Shown here: piece by piece, positions 21,280 through 33,653 of the stretch
How the letters are laid out: each line of letters opens with the position of its first letter
Position numbering within the stretch: position 1 is the first letter of the stretch
From: Syntrophorhabdaceae bacterium
GTDB taxonomy: Bacteria > Desulfobacterota > Syntrophorhabdia > Syntrophorhabdales > Syntrophorhabdaceae
DNA: 64,000 bases
Reading direction: 5' to 3'
Assembly: GCA_963666485.2 (NCBI GenBank)
Contig: CAXXUO010000003.1
Span: 96,001-160,000, forward strand
Notes under the pieces: model-generated
Seen by the model: the letters and a program-made list of their open reading frames with translations, nothing else
Told to the model about the DNA's origin: nothing
Database searches by the model: none
Translations under genes and position numbers: made by a program

Positions 21280-21731
21280 GGCTTATTACCCATACCCATT
21301 ACTTCCTTTATCCACATCTTCATCTCATCCGCATGGGAGCCTTCCCAGTATACCCTCCGGCAGGACGGGCAAACCTTGAAGGCGTCGTGATGATGATAAA
21401 TATACTCTGGAACGAGAGGCTCTATCTCGTCTTTCGTCGCGGTGACCAGGCAAACGTTGCATTCGATGCATCGTGTCATTAATTCCCTAATGTTTACATA
21501 TGGTTGAATATGATCTCTTATCTCCATGATCTGTTCGTGAGGGTCGTTGCTGTGGATCAGGACGACCCCGGGGCGGCCTGTATGTGAAGTTTTCTTCGTG
21601 AAAATGGTGGATTCCCCGCTTCCGGCAACCTGTACCGCATCTTCACCCTGCCGTATGTAAGGGGCGTCAAGCCCGAGCATCCGCAGGTAGCGGGCCAGTT
21701 TGCCGAGCATTACGTCACATATAAATATCAT
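21276..21731 (-). CDS. Mut7-C RNase domain protein
   Basis: DVMLGKLARYLRMLG, RCIECN and CPSCRRVYWEGSH. Confidence 0.88.
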   Translation of the reverse strand: MIFICDVMLGKLARYLRMLGLDAPYIRQGEDAVQVAGSGESTIFTKKTSHTGRPGVVLIHSNDPHEQIMEIRDHIQPYVNIRELMTRCIECNVCLVTATKDEIEPLVPEYIYHHHDAFKVCPSCRRVYWEGSHADEMKMWIKEVMGMGNKP

Positions 21732-22984
21732 CTTTTTACGAGATCGCGCGCAATTTCGCCGGCCTTTGCCATGATCTCGTCTTCACCGGGAACGATGCGG
21801 TTCTCCATGACAACCTCACCGTTGCAAATGACGGTATCCACAGCTGAGCCGTTCGTTGCGTACACCATGTCGGAGTAGAGTTCGAAATTGGGAACGAACT
21901 CGGGCCTGTCGAGGTCGATAAGTATAATGTCGGGGCTGGAACCCTCTTCGATGGACCATCTGCCCAGGCGGAAAATGTCTGCAGCCGTTTGTGTCGCCAT
22001 CCCGAAAGTTTGCCGGGCGGGCAGCATCGTCGGGTCGGACGAGGAGAATTTGGCGAGCAATGATGCGAATTTCATTGTCTCGAGGATATCCAGGTGATTG
22101 TTCGACGCGCACCCGTCTGTTCCGAAACAGTACGGGATCCCGGCCTTCTGGACGAGGCGGTGCGGGAATATCTTTTCGACGGCAAGCTTCAGGTTCGAAA
22201 CGGGAACATGGACGAGCCTGGCGCCCCGCCTCCCCAGGACAGCTGTGTCGTTCTCGTCGAGCATGCAGCCGTGGCACCCTATGAAGCGCCCGGACAGGAT
22301 GCCCAGAGAATCGAGGAACGCCGTCGGCGAAACGCCGTATGTTTTGCGGCTAAAAACGGACTCGTTCTCGGTCTCGGCGAGATGCATATGAATAAGGATA
22401 TCATTTTCGGCTGAAAAATCGCGCATCCACTCAAGGCTTTGACGGGAGACAGTGTATATTGCATGCGGCCCGAACGTGAATGTCGCGTAGGGAGCGTATT
22501 CACCCGACACGGCGTGAAGATCGCGATTGATGGCGATCTGTTCGGCGCCTTTGGCGTTGTCGAACATATCGATGAAGACCGCGCTGATAAATCCCCGCAC
22601 TTTCGCGTCCCTGACCGCCCGCGCGGTGGCTTCCCAGTGCCAGTACATATCATTGAAAACGGTGACCCCGTTCTTGATCATCTCGAGACAGGCAAGACGC
22701 GCCCCCCAGTATACATCCTCGGCCGTCAGCTTCGCTTCCAGCACCCATATTTTTTCCTCGAGCCAGGCCTTGAGCGGCATATCATCGGCGAATCCCCGGA
22801 AAAGCGTCATTGCCGCGTGCGTGTGCCCGTTGATAAGGGAGGGCAGGGCAGCCTTGTTGCTGCCGTTTATGATCTTGTCGGCACGCCGTGAGGATGCAGG
22901 CGTTATTTCCCGTATCGTACCGTTCTCTATGAATATATCGGTAATGGACCCGTCAAGGAGGACATCTTTTATAAGGATGTTCAC
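21728..22984 (-). CDS. mtaD: 5'-methylthioadenosine/S-adenosylhomocysteine deaminase (amidohydrolase)
   Basis: NGHTH, PHAIY, HMHLAET and GTDGCASNN; next to an MTAP-family phosphorylase. Confidence 0.82.
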   Translation of the reverse strand: MNILIKDVLLDGSITDIFIENGTIREITPASSRRADKIINGSNKAALPSLINGHTHAAMTLFRGFADDMPLKAWLEEKIWVLEAKLTAEDVYWGARLACLEMIKNGVTVFNDMYWHWEATARAVRDAKVRGFISAVFIDMFDNAKGAEQIAINRDLHAVSGEYAPYATFTFGPHAIYTVSRQSLEWMRDFSAENDILIHMHLAETENESVFSRKTYGVSPTAFLDSLGILSGRFIGCHGCMLDENDTAVLGRRGARLVHVPVSNLKLAVEKIFPHRLVQKAGIPYCFGTDGCASNNHLDILETMKFASLLAKFSSSDPTMLPARQTFGMATQTAADIFRLGRWSIEEGSSPDIILIDLDRPEFVPNFELYSDMVYATNGSAVDTVICNGEVVMENRIVPGEDEIMAKAGEIARDLVKR

Positions 22985-23676
22985 GCGGCCATCCTGCCTA
23001 TGAATGTGTCAAGTATACTTTCGATCGTCCGGGTGTTGTTCCGGACATTGGCCATTATTTCGTCCATTGTAAGCGGTACGTTATGTATCCCGTGGCAATA
23101 ATTGTCGACCGAGCATATGCTGGCATAGGGCAGTTCCCGTTCCATCGCAAGCGTCGCCTCCGAGGCGAGGGTCATGCCGACAATATCACCAAAGTTTTTC
23201 AGTATTTTTATCTCGGCCCGCGTTTCCAGCCGCGGCCCGATGGTCTGGACATAGATACCGCCCATCCTGACAGAGTTCGTATGTATCGCGCATATGCCAT
23301 GAACATCCCGGGCAAACGCCTCGTCCATCGCCGGGACCATGAAACGGGCCTCGTCATCGAAAAATGTTTCGACGTGCCACGGGCAGACGAAGTCATCAGG
23401 GACTACGAGGGTGCCCGGACTGATCTCTTCTTTCAGGCTGCCCACGGAATTGATTGCCAGAATTTTCTGCACCCCGAGGTCGTTGAGGGCTGTAACGTTG
23501 GCCTTGTGATTGATCCTGTGCGGAGGCAGGCAGGGATTGCCATGCCGCTGCAGGAACACCGCATTGTCAGATCTTTTCAATGCAACGGTACCGAACCGCG
23601 TAGACACCGTGACATCGCGCCATTCGTTAAAGTTTGCGGTGTTGAGAAGGGAGGTGCCGCCAATGATTGCGATCAT
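22981..23676 (-). CDS. MTAP-family purine nucleoside phosphorylase (probable methylthioinosine phosphorylase)
   Basis: IIGGT, RHG, PPHRIN, GPRLETRAE, VGMT and VDNY. Confidence 0.85.
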   Translation of the reverse strand: MIAIIGGTSLLNTANFNEWRDVTVSTRFGTVALKRSDNAVFLQRHGNPCLPPHRINHKANVTALNDLGVQKILAINSVGSLKEEISPGTLVVPDDFVCPWHVETFFDDEARFMVPAMDEAFARDVHGICAIHTNSVRMGGIYVQTIGPRLETRAEIKILKNFGDIVGMTLASEATLAMERELPYASICSVDNYCHGIHNVPLTMDEIMANVRNNTRTIESILDTFIGRMAA

Positions 23677-23724
23677 AATTTAATGTTTGTACAGGGAATG
23701 GGGGGATGAGTCAATAGAAAACAG

Positions 23725-23760
23725 AACGGCGTACGGCTAACGGCTAACGGCTAACGGCGA
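23725..23760. repeat. Unpaired heptamer array (AACGGCT)n
   Basis: AACGGCG TACGGCT AACGGCT AACGGCT AACGGCG; no inverted partner nearby. Confidence 0.8.
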
Positions 23761-23838
23761 GCGGATGGTTGTTTCGGGAAATTCTAAAGGATATGGTCGG
23801 CCGGGCTGGATATTTGCCGATATCTGATAAAAAAACCG

Positions 23839-25917
<2,079 letters not shown>

Positions 25918-26036
25918 TTACCCCACTATCTCACAGAGCTGAACTATGCCCGGTTTTACCGTACGAATATATAAAGCATTCCCGCCCTTTGCCGATAACA
26001 GTTACAGGCAAGTGCGCGGGGCAAGAGATCTGGGCG

Positions 26037-28076
26037 ATGAACGATGAACGGATGGACATGGGCTGTTTGCGTGGTTTTTACTTCAAGGTACTATCCTGCC
26101 TTTTTTTGACTTTCATTCTGGCATTTTCGGCTTATTCCGCGGAAGATCCTAAGTCCGGGAAACCGGACAGCCTCGCCGGACTCCCTATCGAGGAGTTGAT
26201 GGGGATCGACGTGTCTACAGTCCTCGGCGCGTCGCGGTACGAGCAGCGCATATCAGACGCACCGGCACCTATCAATATAGTAACGTCAGACGATATCAAG
26301 AGGTACGGATACCGCACCATGGCGGACTTGCTGAACAGCGTGCCCGGCCTGTACGTGACATATGACAGAAATTACAACTATCTCGGGTCGGGCGGATTTC
26401 TGCGGCAGGGTGACTACAACACGAGGATGCTGCTGCTTGTCGACGGTCACAGGATGAACAACAACATTTATGACACGGCCACTATCGGGCGGGAATTCAT
26501 CATAGACCTCGACCTCGTGGAGCGGGTCGAGATAATCCACGGCCCGGGATCGTCAGTCTATGGAAGCAACGCCTTCTTCGGCGTCATCAACGTGATAACG
26601 AAGACAGCATCACATATCAAGGGGCTGGAAATATCCGGTGAGGTCGCAAGTTTCGATACGGACAAAGAAAGAATAAGTTTTGGCCATAAATTCGGGAACG
26701 GGCTGGAAATGCTCCTTTCCGGTACCCGGTACCGCAGCAAGGGGCAGAATTTCTATTACAAGGAATTCAATCAGCCGGAGACGAATGCGGGCCGTTCAGA
26801 AAATAATGATCTCGAGAAATATTCTTCCTTCTTTGCCAACATAAAATACGCGGGATTCAGCATGCAGGGCGCATACGGCAGCCGGAGCAAAACGGTCCCC
26901 ACGGGCGCGTGGGGGACCGTGTTTAACGACGACCGCACGGAAACGACCGACGCGCAGGGCTATATCGATCTGAAGTACCAGAAGAAATTCGAAAATGCGC
27001 ATGAGCTGACAATGCGGGTTTTTTACGATTACTACCGCTATGATGGAAAATATCTTTTCGATTATCCTCCGGTCACCATGAACAAGGACCTGGCGGTGGG
27101 AAAATGGTGGGGCGCCGAAGGGCATTACACGGCACGTATAGCCGGAAAGCACACGGTGATAGGCGGCGTAGAGTACCGCGACAATTTTCTCCAGCATCAG
27201 AAAAATTATGATGAAAGCCCGTACGGTCTCTATCTTGACGAAAAAGGGTCATCGTACAGTATCGGCACGTATGCCCAGGGCGAATTCGTCCTCGGCGATA
27301 CGCTGCTTTTCAATGCCGGTCTCCGGTATGATTATTACAAAAATTTCAATGGCAATCTGAGCCCCAGGCTTGCCCTTATCTACACCCCTTTTGAAAAAAC
27401 AACTATCAAGCTCATCTACGGTGAAGCGTACCGCGTACCGAACATGTACGAGCTTTATTACACAGACGGGAATATCACCCAGAAAGCGAACCCGGCACTC
27501 GATCCCGAGACGATCCGGACATACCAGTTGGTCGTCGAGAAGTATATAAAGGATTATCGCCTTGCAATGACGGGATTCTACTATGACGTCGATAACCTTA
27601 TCAGTCTCCAGACGGACAGCGATGGTCTCCTGGTGTTCCGCAACACGTCACGGGCCGAAGGAAAAGGCGCCCGTTTCGAGATCGAGAAAAAATGGCCTGT
27701 GGGGATCGGGGGCAGATTTTCCTATTCCTACCAGGATGTGTCCAGCAGCGACGCATCTGTAAATTTCAGAAATTATCCCCGGCACCTGGCCAAGTTGAAT
27801 ATGTTCGGCCCCCTGATCAAGGACTGGCTCAGCACGGGCCTGGAATTCCTGTATGCAAGTCCCCAGCAGAATCTCAATTCCACCTGGGACGGGGGATACA
27901 CAACGATAAACGTGACGTTTCTGAGTGAAAAGATCTTTGGTCACCTGGACCTGTCTTTCAGCATTTATAACATTCTCGACAAGTCATACAGCAATCCGGG
28001 TTCCCGCGAACACCTGCAGAGCGACATTGGCCAGGACGGCAGGACGTTCAGGCTCAAAGCCACATACCGGTTCTGA
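26037..28076 (+). CDS. TonB-dependent receptor
   Basis: Signal peptide, plug motifs (LVDG, ERVEIIHGPGSSVYGSNAFFGVINVITK) and C-terminal GRTFRLKATYRF. Start uncertain. Confidence 0.9.
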   Translation: MNDERMDMGCLRGFYFKVLSCLFLTFILAFSAYSAEDPKSGKPDSLAGLPIEELMGIDVSTVLGASRYEQRISDAPAPINIVTSDDIKRYGYRTMADLLNSVPGLYVTYDRNYNYLGSGGFLRQGDYNTRMLLLVDGHRMNNNIYDTATIGREFIIDLDLVERVEIIHGPGSSVYGSNAFFGVINVITKTASHIKGLEISGEVASFDTDKERISFGHKFGNGLEMLLSGTRYRSKGQNFYYKEFNQPETNAGRSENNDLEKYSSFFANIKYAGFSMQGAYGSRSKTVPTGAWGTVFNDDRTETTDAQGYIDLKYQKKFENAHELTMRVFYDYYRYDGKYLFDYPPVTMNKDLAVGKWWGAEGHYTARIAGKHTVIGGVEYRDNFLQHQKNYDESPYGLYLDEKGSSYSIGTYAQGEFVLGDTLLFNAGLRYDYYKNFNGNLSPRLALIYTPFEKTTIKLIYGEAYRVPNMYELYYTDGNITQKANPALDPETIRTYQLVVEKYIKDYRLAMTGFYYDVDNLISLQTDSDGLLVFRNTSRAEGKGARFEIEKKWPVGIGGRFSYSYQDVSSSDASVNFRNYPRHLAKLNMFGPLIKDWLSTGLEFLYASPQQNLNSTWDGGYTTINVTFLSEKIFGHLDLSFSIYNILDKSYSNPGSREHLQSDIGQDGRTFRLKATYRF

Positions 28077-28078
28077 GA

Positions 28079-28609
28079 ATGAAGATATTCGTCATTACTC
28101 TCATGATAGCGGGTTTCATCCTCCATCTGCCGATGTATGGAGAACCGAAAGAGTTTGACGAGTACGAGGTCAAAGCCGCCTTTCTCGGTAATTTCCTGAA
28201 ATTCATCGATTGGCCGAAGAAAGACCGCGAGGGCAGCAATTACCGGATCTGTATCTACGGGTCCGATCCTTTCGGCCAATATACCGAAAACATAGAGACA
28301 ACAAAGATACGGGGAAAACCCGTCCAGGTGAAAAGGCTCAGTGCGCTGAAGGCAGTCAACGAGTGCAGCGTACTCTTCATATCATCGTCTGAGAGACGGC
28401 GGGTCAGCTCGGTTCTTGACGCGGTCCGGGACCTCGATGTTGTCACTGTCGGCGACACGGAAGGGTACGCCAAGCAGGGCGTGATGTTCAATTTTTATAT
28501 CGAGGCGAGCAAGGTAAAGTTTGAGATCAATCTCGCATCGATAAAGAGGTCCAGGATATATGTGAGTTCCCAGCTGCTAAAGCTCGGAAGGATGGTCGAG
28601 CATGAGTAG
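28079..28609 (+). CDS. YfiR family periplasmic protein (DUF4154)
   Basis: Signal peptide, EYEVKAAFLGNFLKFIDWP, two Cys, FEINL and SSQLLKL. Confidence 0.88.
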   Translation: MKIFVITLMIAGFILHLPMYGEPKEFDEYEVKAAFLGNFLKFIDWPKKDREGSNYRICIYGSDPFGQYTENIETTKIRGKPVQVKRLSALKAVNECSVLFISSSERRRVSSVLDAVRDLDVVTVGDTEGYAKQGVMFNFYIEASKVKFEINLASIKRSRIYVSSQLLKLGRMVEHE

Positions 28610-30980
28610 AAGACGGACCATTGCAGCACCGAAGGATATTTTCCGCGATCTTTCGCTGAAAGGGAAGCTCATCATCATTTTCGTCATCTCGATCATGGTG
28701 ATCCTCGGGATGATGGGGACGATCATCACCATAAACGAGATCTATTCCGCCCGGAAAATATTCATTTCAGATTCCGAGGGCATCATGCGGACTGTTGGAA
28801 CGAACAGTGCCGCGGCCCTGATGTTTCAAAACAGGAAAGACGCCGAGGACACGATCAGGGTGCTGCGTGTTTTTCCCGATGTGAAGCACGCGTCGGTCAC
28901 CAGTATGGACGGCGGCTTTTATGCCGAATATAATCGCGACGATGCGTACACTGGACCGCCGGCGGACCGCCGGCCGAAAACCGGCCACACTTTCTCCACC
29001 TCCGAGGCGCAGTTTGCTCAGGCCATCCTCCTCGACAATGAACAGGTCGGGAAGATCTATCTTGTCCGCGACCTGACGAGATTCTACAGTAGTCTCTATA
29101 AGAACGTCGGCATCGTCATGTTCGCTATATTTGCCTCCCTGATCATCGGGTACCTGCTTTCCATATATTTTCAGCGCGTGATCAGAGACCCGATAACCGA
29201 GCTCCTTGGTACGATGAGGACGGTCACAGCAGAGAAAAGATACGGCCTGAGGGCCGACATTACGGGAAAGGATGAGATCGGGGAACTGGCGCACGGTTTC
29301 AACGAGATGCTTGAAAAGATCGAGGAGCGTGACGCGGAGCTGATCGGGCATCGGCAGCACCTCGAAGAGATCGTGAGAAAAAGGACGGGGGAACTGATCA
29401 GGGTCAACGAGGACCTTACCCACGAACTGGAAGAACGCAGGAAATTCGAAAGGGCACTCCAGGAATCGGAGGAGAGATACCGTGCAATTTTCCAGAATAC
29501 GGGCAACGCGAGCGTGATCATCGAAGAGAACGGGATAATATCGCTTGCCAACGAAGAATTCTCCAGACTCACCGGATATGAACTGGACGCGGTTGTTGGC
29601 AAGCTGCCGTGGACCGCATTCACCCACCCGGACCACGTCGACCGCATGGTTGAATACCACGCATTGAGAAGGATGGGCCGCGAAGTGCCTTCGAAGTATG
29701 CCTTCAGGCTCCTGCACAAATCGGGCAGGGTCCTGGATGTCCATGTCACCGTTGGGATTCTGCCCGGGTCACTCAGGAGCATTGCATCTATAGTCGACCT
29801 CACCGAATCGAAGGCGCTCGAGGAGCAGCTCCTGCAGTCTCAAAAAATGGAAGCGGTCGGCCAGCTCGCTGCGGGGGTGGCGCACGATTTCAATAATATC
29901 CTGACCGCCATCATTGGCTACGGAAACCTGCTTCAGCTCCGGTTCGGCCAGGACACACCGGAGCGGACGTATGCCGATTCCATCCTCGGCGCCGCCGAGC
30001 GGGCTGCTTCACTCACCCAGGGACTTCTTGCATATGGCAGGAAGCAGGTCATTGCCCCGAAGAATATCGACCTCAATGTGTCGATCAGGAGCATGGAAGG
30101 CCTTCTTCGCAGAATGATCGGGGAGGATATTGACCTGAGGTGCATGTACGCGGACCATGACATACCTGTGCTTGCCGACTCCGGCCAGATAGGCCAGGTG
30201 GTCATGAACCTCGGGACAAATGCCCGGGACGCCATGCCGCACGGGGGTGTGCTGACTATGAGCACATCTACTATTATGGTTGAGAAAGACCGGGGGACCG
30301 AACCGGGGATGGCACCGGGTCCTTATGCCCTCCTCAAAGTGAGCGATGTAGGGCAGGGGATGACGAAGGAGGTTGCCGAACGCATCTTCGAGCCCTTTTT
30401 TACCACGAAGGGGATGGGCAAGAGTACGGGACTCGGTCTTTCGATCGTGTACGGCATCGTGAGCCAGCACTCCGGGCACATACATGTTCAAAGCGAACCC
30501 GGTAAAGGGACTGTCTTTTCGATCTATTTTCCCCTTATCGATCCCGGTCCGCTCGACGTGGTGGATGAAAAAGCCGAGCCTCCGACGGAGGTTGGCCGGG
30601 GACGGGAGACAATCCTCATTGCCGAGGACGACGAAACGGTCAGGAAATACATGACGACCGTCCTGAGTGAATTCGGCTATATCGTCATAGAGGCGCCGGA
30701 CGGCGAAGATGCCTTGAAAATATTTGAGACACGCAAGGATGATATCGACCTGTTGCTCCTCGACGTCGTCATGCCGAGGATGAACGGAAAGGTGGTCTAT
30801 GACAATGCGCGGAAATTGAGGCCCGGTGTCAGGACGATCTTTATGAGCGGTTATACGGCCGATATCATTCACAAGAAAGGCCTGAAAGAAGAAGGGATAA
30901 ACTTTATTTCCAAACCCGTCGTCATCAAGGAACTGCTCGGCAGGATCAGGTCCGTCCTTGACGATGTCCCGCAAGACTGA
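28602..30980 (+). CDS. Membrane hybrid sensor histidine kinase (periplasmic sensor-HAMP-PAS-HisKA-HATPase-REC)
   Basis: Two TM segments, HAMP 'DEIGEL..GFN.M', AHDFNN, N-box, FFTTK, and REC motifs AEDD/LDVVMP/SKP. Confidence 0.92.
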   Translation: MSRRRTIAAPKDIFRDLSLKGKLIIIFVISIMVILGMMGTIITINEIYSARKIFISDSEGIMRTVGTNSAAALMFQNRKDAEDTIRVLRVFPDVKHASVTSMDGGFYAEYNRDDAYTGPPADRRPKTGHTFSTSEAQFAQAILLDNEQVGKIYLVRDLTRFYSSLYKNVGIVMFAIFASLIIGYLLSIYFQRVIRDPITELLGTMRTVTAEKRYGLRADITGKDEIGELAHGFNEMLEKIEERDAELIGHRQHLEEIVRKRTGELIRVNEDLTHELEERRKFERALQESEERYRAIFQNTGNASVIIEENGIISLANEEFSRLTGYELDAVVGKLPWTAFTHPDHVDRMVEYHALRRMGREVPSKYAFRLLHKSGRVLDVHVTVGILPGSLRSIASIVDLTESKALEEQLLQSQKMEAVGQLAAGVAHDFNNILTAIIGYGNLLQLRFGQDTPERTYADSILGAAERAASLTQGLLAYGRKQVIAPKNIDLNVSIRSMEGLLRRMIGEDIDLRCMYADHDIPVLADSGQIGQVVMNLGTNARDAMPHGGVLTMSTSTIMVEKDRGTEPGMAPGPYALLKVSDVGQGMTKEVAERIFEPFFTTKGMGKSTGLGLSIVYGIVSQHSGHIHVQSEPGKGTVFSIYFPLIDPGPLDVVDEKAEPPTEVGRGRETILIAEDDETVRKYMTTVLSEFGYIVIEAPDGEDALKIFETRKDDIDLLLLDVVMPRMNGKVVYDNARKLRPGVRTIFMSGYTADIIHKKGLKEEGINFISKPVVIKELLGRIRSVLDDVPQD

Positions 30981-31062
30981 CCGCCCGGGCAAGCGGCAGG
31001 GCAGCCGGAAGAAATGACCGTGCGATAGCGCGTTGCCAGACCGGGCTCGAGGCAAAATTGTC

Positions 31063-31091
31063 TTGACAAACAAGGCGTATGATTATAATTT
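31063..31091 (+). promoter_or_regulatory. Putative sigma70 promoter of secDF
   Basis: TTGACA at 31063 with TATAAT at 31084 (15-bp spacer, suboptimal). Confidence 0.5.
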
Positions 31092-31145
31092 GGTTGTACT
31101 TTTTGAGCATTTAGTTTATCGAATCCACCCGAATGAGGTTAATAC

Positions 31146-32741
31146 GTGATCAAATCACTAAAATTGAGATTTATTCTCATTCTTGTATTTCTCGTTGTAT
31201 CGATAGTCTTTTGCCTGCCTAACATCGTTGATTTAGAAGGGATCTGGAAAAAATACCTTCCGAGCGACAAGATCCATCTTGGGTTGGACTTAAAAGGCGG
31301 CATGCACCTGCTTCTCGAACTCGATACGGCCAAGCTCATGGACAATATCGTGGAGCGGAAGACGAACAGCCTTAAGGATGCGATGATATCCGACGGCGTC
31401 AGGTTCCTCGGCATCGACAGGAAAGGAAGCAGCATTCTCGTCACGATACGGCCGGACCAGAAAGAGAAGCTGTTCAATGTGGTGGGTACGAAATTTGCCG
31501 ATCTCAAGGCGGGCACCCCGAGGACTGAAGGGGACCTGATGCACATCGATTTCCTTATTCCTGACAAAGACCTTGCCTCGATCAAAGATAATGCCGTGAA
31601 CCAGGCCCTCGAGACGATACGGAACAGGATAGACCAGTTTGGCGTCTCCGAGCCCGTCATTATCAAACAGGGTGAAAACCAGATACTGGTCCAGCTTCCG
31701 GGCATCAAGGACCCGCAAAGGGCCCTCGAACTTATCGGCAAGACCGCTCAGCTCGAATTCAAGCTTGTCGATGACGCGGCGACAGCCAGCGGCGGCACCG
31801 GTCCCATTCCGGCCGACGAGGAGGTCCTGAAGATACGGTCAAAGAACAGGGAGACCGGGGTAGAGACCACCGCACCCATCGTCCTCAAGAAGCAGCCGCT
31901 TCTCACAGGGGAGTTGCTCACGGACGCCAGGGTGCACATGGGCGGCAGGGATATCGGCAGCGAAATATCGGTGGGCCTCGAGTTCAACTCGGAAGGCGCG
32001 CGGATCTTCGACAAGGTGACCGGGGAGAATGTCGGCAGACGGCTCGCCATTGTTCTCGACAACACGGTCTACTCCGCGCCGCAGATACGTGAAAGGATCT
32101 CGGGCGGAAAGGCGTCCATTACGGGCGGTTTTACCGTCGACGAGGCGAAAGACCTCGCGATCGTCCTTCGCGCCGGTGCACTTCCGGCCCCGGTGAAGGT
32201 TGTCCAGAATATTACGATCGGCCCGACCCTCGGTCAGGATTCGATCCACAAAGGCGTCCTGGCAACATTTCTGGCCGGTATACTCGTCATCATTTTCATG
32301 GTCGTGTACTACCGGTACTCCGGCGTTATAGCCAACGTGGCGCTCGCCCTTAACCTGATCTACCTCCTCGGCGTCTTCAGCGCGTTCAAGGCGACGATGA
32401 CGCTGCCCGGCATCGCGGGCATCGCGTTGACAATAGGCATGGGCGTTGATTCCAATGTACTTATCTTCGAAAGGATCCGGGACGAGCTGCGCCTGGGAAA
32501 GACGGTGCGCGCGGCAGTGGATGGGGGATATGCCAAGGCCTGGGTGGCCATATTCGACTCGCATATCACCACGCTGATCACGGCCGCCGTTCTCTTTATA
32601 TTTGGAACAGGGCCGATCAAGGGTTTTGCGATAACCCTGATCTTTGGAATGATCATAAATCTGTTTACCGCGGTGTTCGGATCGAAGACGATCTTCGACT
32701 GGATACTTACGAAATACAAACCCAGGACATTGAGTATATAA
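31146..32741 (+). CDS. secD: Protein translocase subunit SecD
   Basis: LGLDLKGG, RIDQFGVSEP, LRAGALPAP and GMGVDSNVLIFERI. Confidence 0.96.
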   Translation: MIKSLKLRFILILVFLVVSIVFCLPNIVDLEGIWKKYLPSDKIHLGLDLKGGMHLLLELDTAKLMDNIVERKTNSLKDAMISDGVRFLGIDRKGSSILVTIRPDQKEKLFNVVGTKFADLKAGTPRTEGDLMHIDFLIPDKDLASIKDNAVNQALETIRNRIDQFGVSEPVIIKQGENQILVQLPGIKDPQRALELIGKTAQLEFKLVDDAATASGGTGPIPADEEVLKIRSKNRETGVETTAPIVLKKQPLLTGELLTDARVHMGGRDIGSEISVGLEFNSEGARIFDKVTGENVGRRLAIVLDNTVYSAPQIRERISGGKASITGGFTVDEAKDLAIVLRAGALPAPVKVVQNITIGPTLGQDSIHKGVLATFLAGILVIIFMVVYYRYSGVIANVALALNLIYLLGVFSAFKATMTLPGIAGIALTIGMGVDSNVLIFERIRDELRLGKTVRAAVDGGYAKAWVAIFDSHITTLITAAVLFIFGTGPIKGFAITLIFGMIINLFTAVFGSKTIFDWILTKYKPRTLSI

Positions 32742-32751
32742 GGCGGCGCCC

Positions 32752-33651
32752 ATGATGGAGCTCATTAAAGATACGAAAATAGATTTTATCGGCCTTCGGA
32801 AGACGGCATTCATTATCTCCGGGGTCCTCATAGCGATAGGGCTTATCTCTTTCATAATGATATCCCTCGGAAAGGCAAACCTGAGCATAGATTTCACCGG
32901 GGGCACGAACGTACAGGTCCGGTTTGCCGATAAGGTCAATATCGGGGACTTGAGGCATGCGCTGGAGTCCGGCGGGATAAGCGATGTTCAGATCCAGGAG
33001 GTCAGCGGAACGCGGGACTTCTTTATCAAGACGAAGGTCTCGGATACTGAGAAGGAAGCAGTCTCCACGAAGATAACGACCATTCTTTCCACGAAGCTCT
33101 CGGGCACGAAATTTGAGGTGCTCGGAAGCAACATGGTCGGGCCGGGCGTTGGAAAGTCGCTCAAGAAGTACGCTATCATCGCGATCATACTCGCGCTGCT
33201 CGGGATTATTATTTATATCGCCTGGAGATTCACCTTTGCGTCGGGTATCGCTGCAACGATAGCAACGTTTCACGATGTGCTTGCTATCTGCGGGGTCTTC
33301 TATTTCCTTGGCAAGGAGTTCAACCTTCTCATTATTACGGCACTTCTTACCATCGCCGGGTATTCCCTGCAGGACACGGTCGTTGTCTTCGACCGCATAC
33401 GTGAAAATTCGGCGAAAATGAAGTCGCGCGATGATTTCGGTAATGTCATTAATAACAGCATCAATGAGGTGTTGAGCCGGACCATCGTCACCGGTATCAC
33501 GACACTGATCAGTCTAGCCGCGATAATGATCTTCGGCGGCGAAGTGCTCTTCGATTTTGCATTTGCCTTATTTCTCGGCCTTATCGTCGGGACCTATTCC
33601 TCGATCTTCGTAGCCAGCCCGATCGTGTATGCGTGGCGGAAGAAGATATAG
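32752..33651 (+). CDS. secF: Protein translocase subunit SecF
   Basis: IDFTGG, HDV, GYSLQDTVVVFDRIRE and GTYSSIF. Confidence 0.96.
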   Translation: MMELIKDTKIDFIGLRKTAFIISGVLIAIGLISFIMISLGKANLSIDFTGGTNVQVRFADKVNIGDLRHALESGGISDVQIQEVSGTRDFFIKTKVSDTEKEAVSTKITTILSTKLSGTKFEVLGSNMVGPGVGKSLKKYAIIAIILALLGIIIYIAWRFTFASGIAATIATFHDVLAICGVFYFLGKEFNLLIITALLTIAGYSLQDTVVVFDRIRENSAKMKSRDDFGNVINNSINEVLSRTIVTGITTLISLAAIMIFGGEVLFDFAFALFLGLIVGTYSSIFVASPIVYAWRKKI

Positions 33652-33653
33652 GG

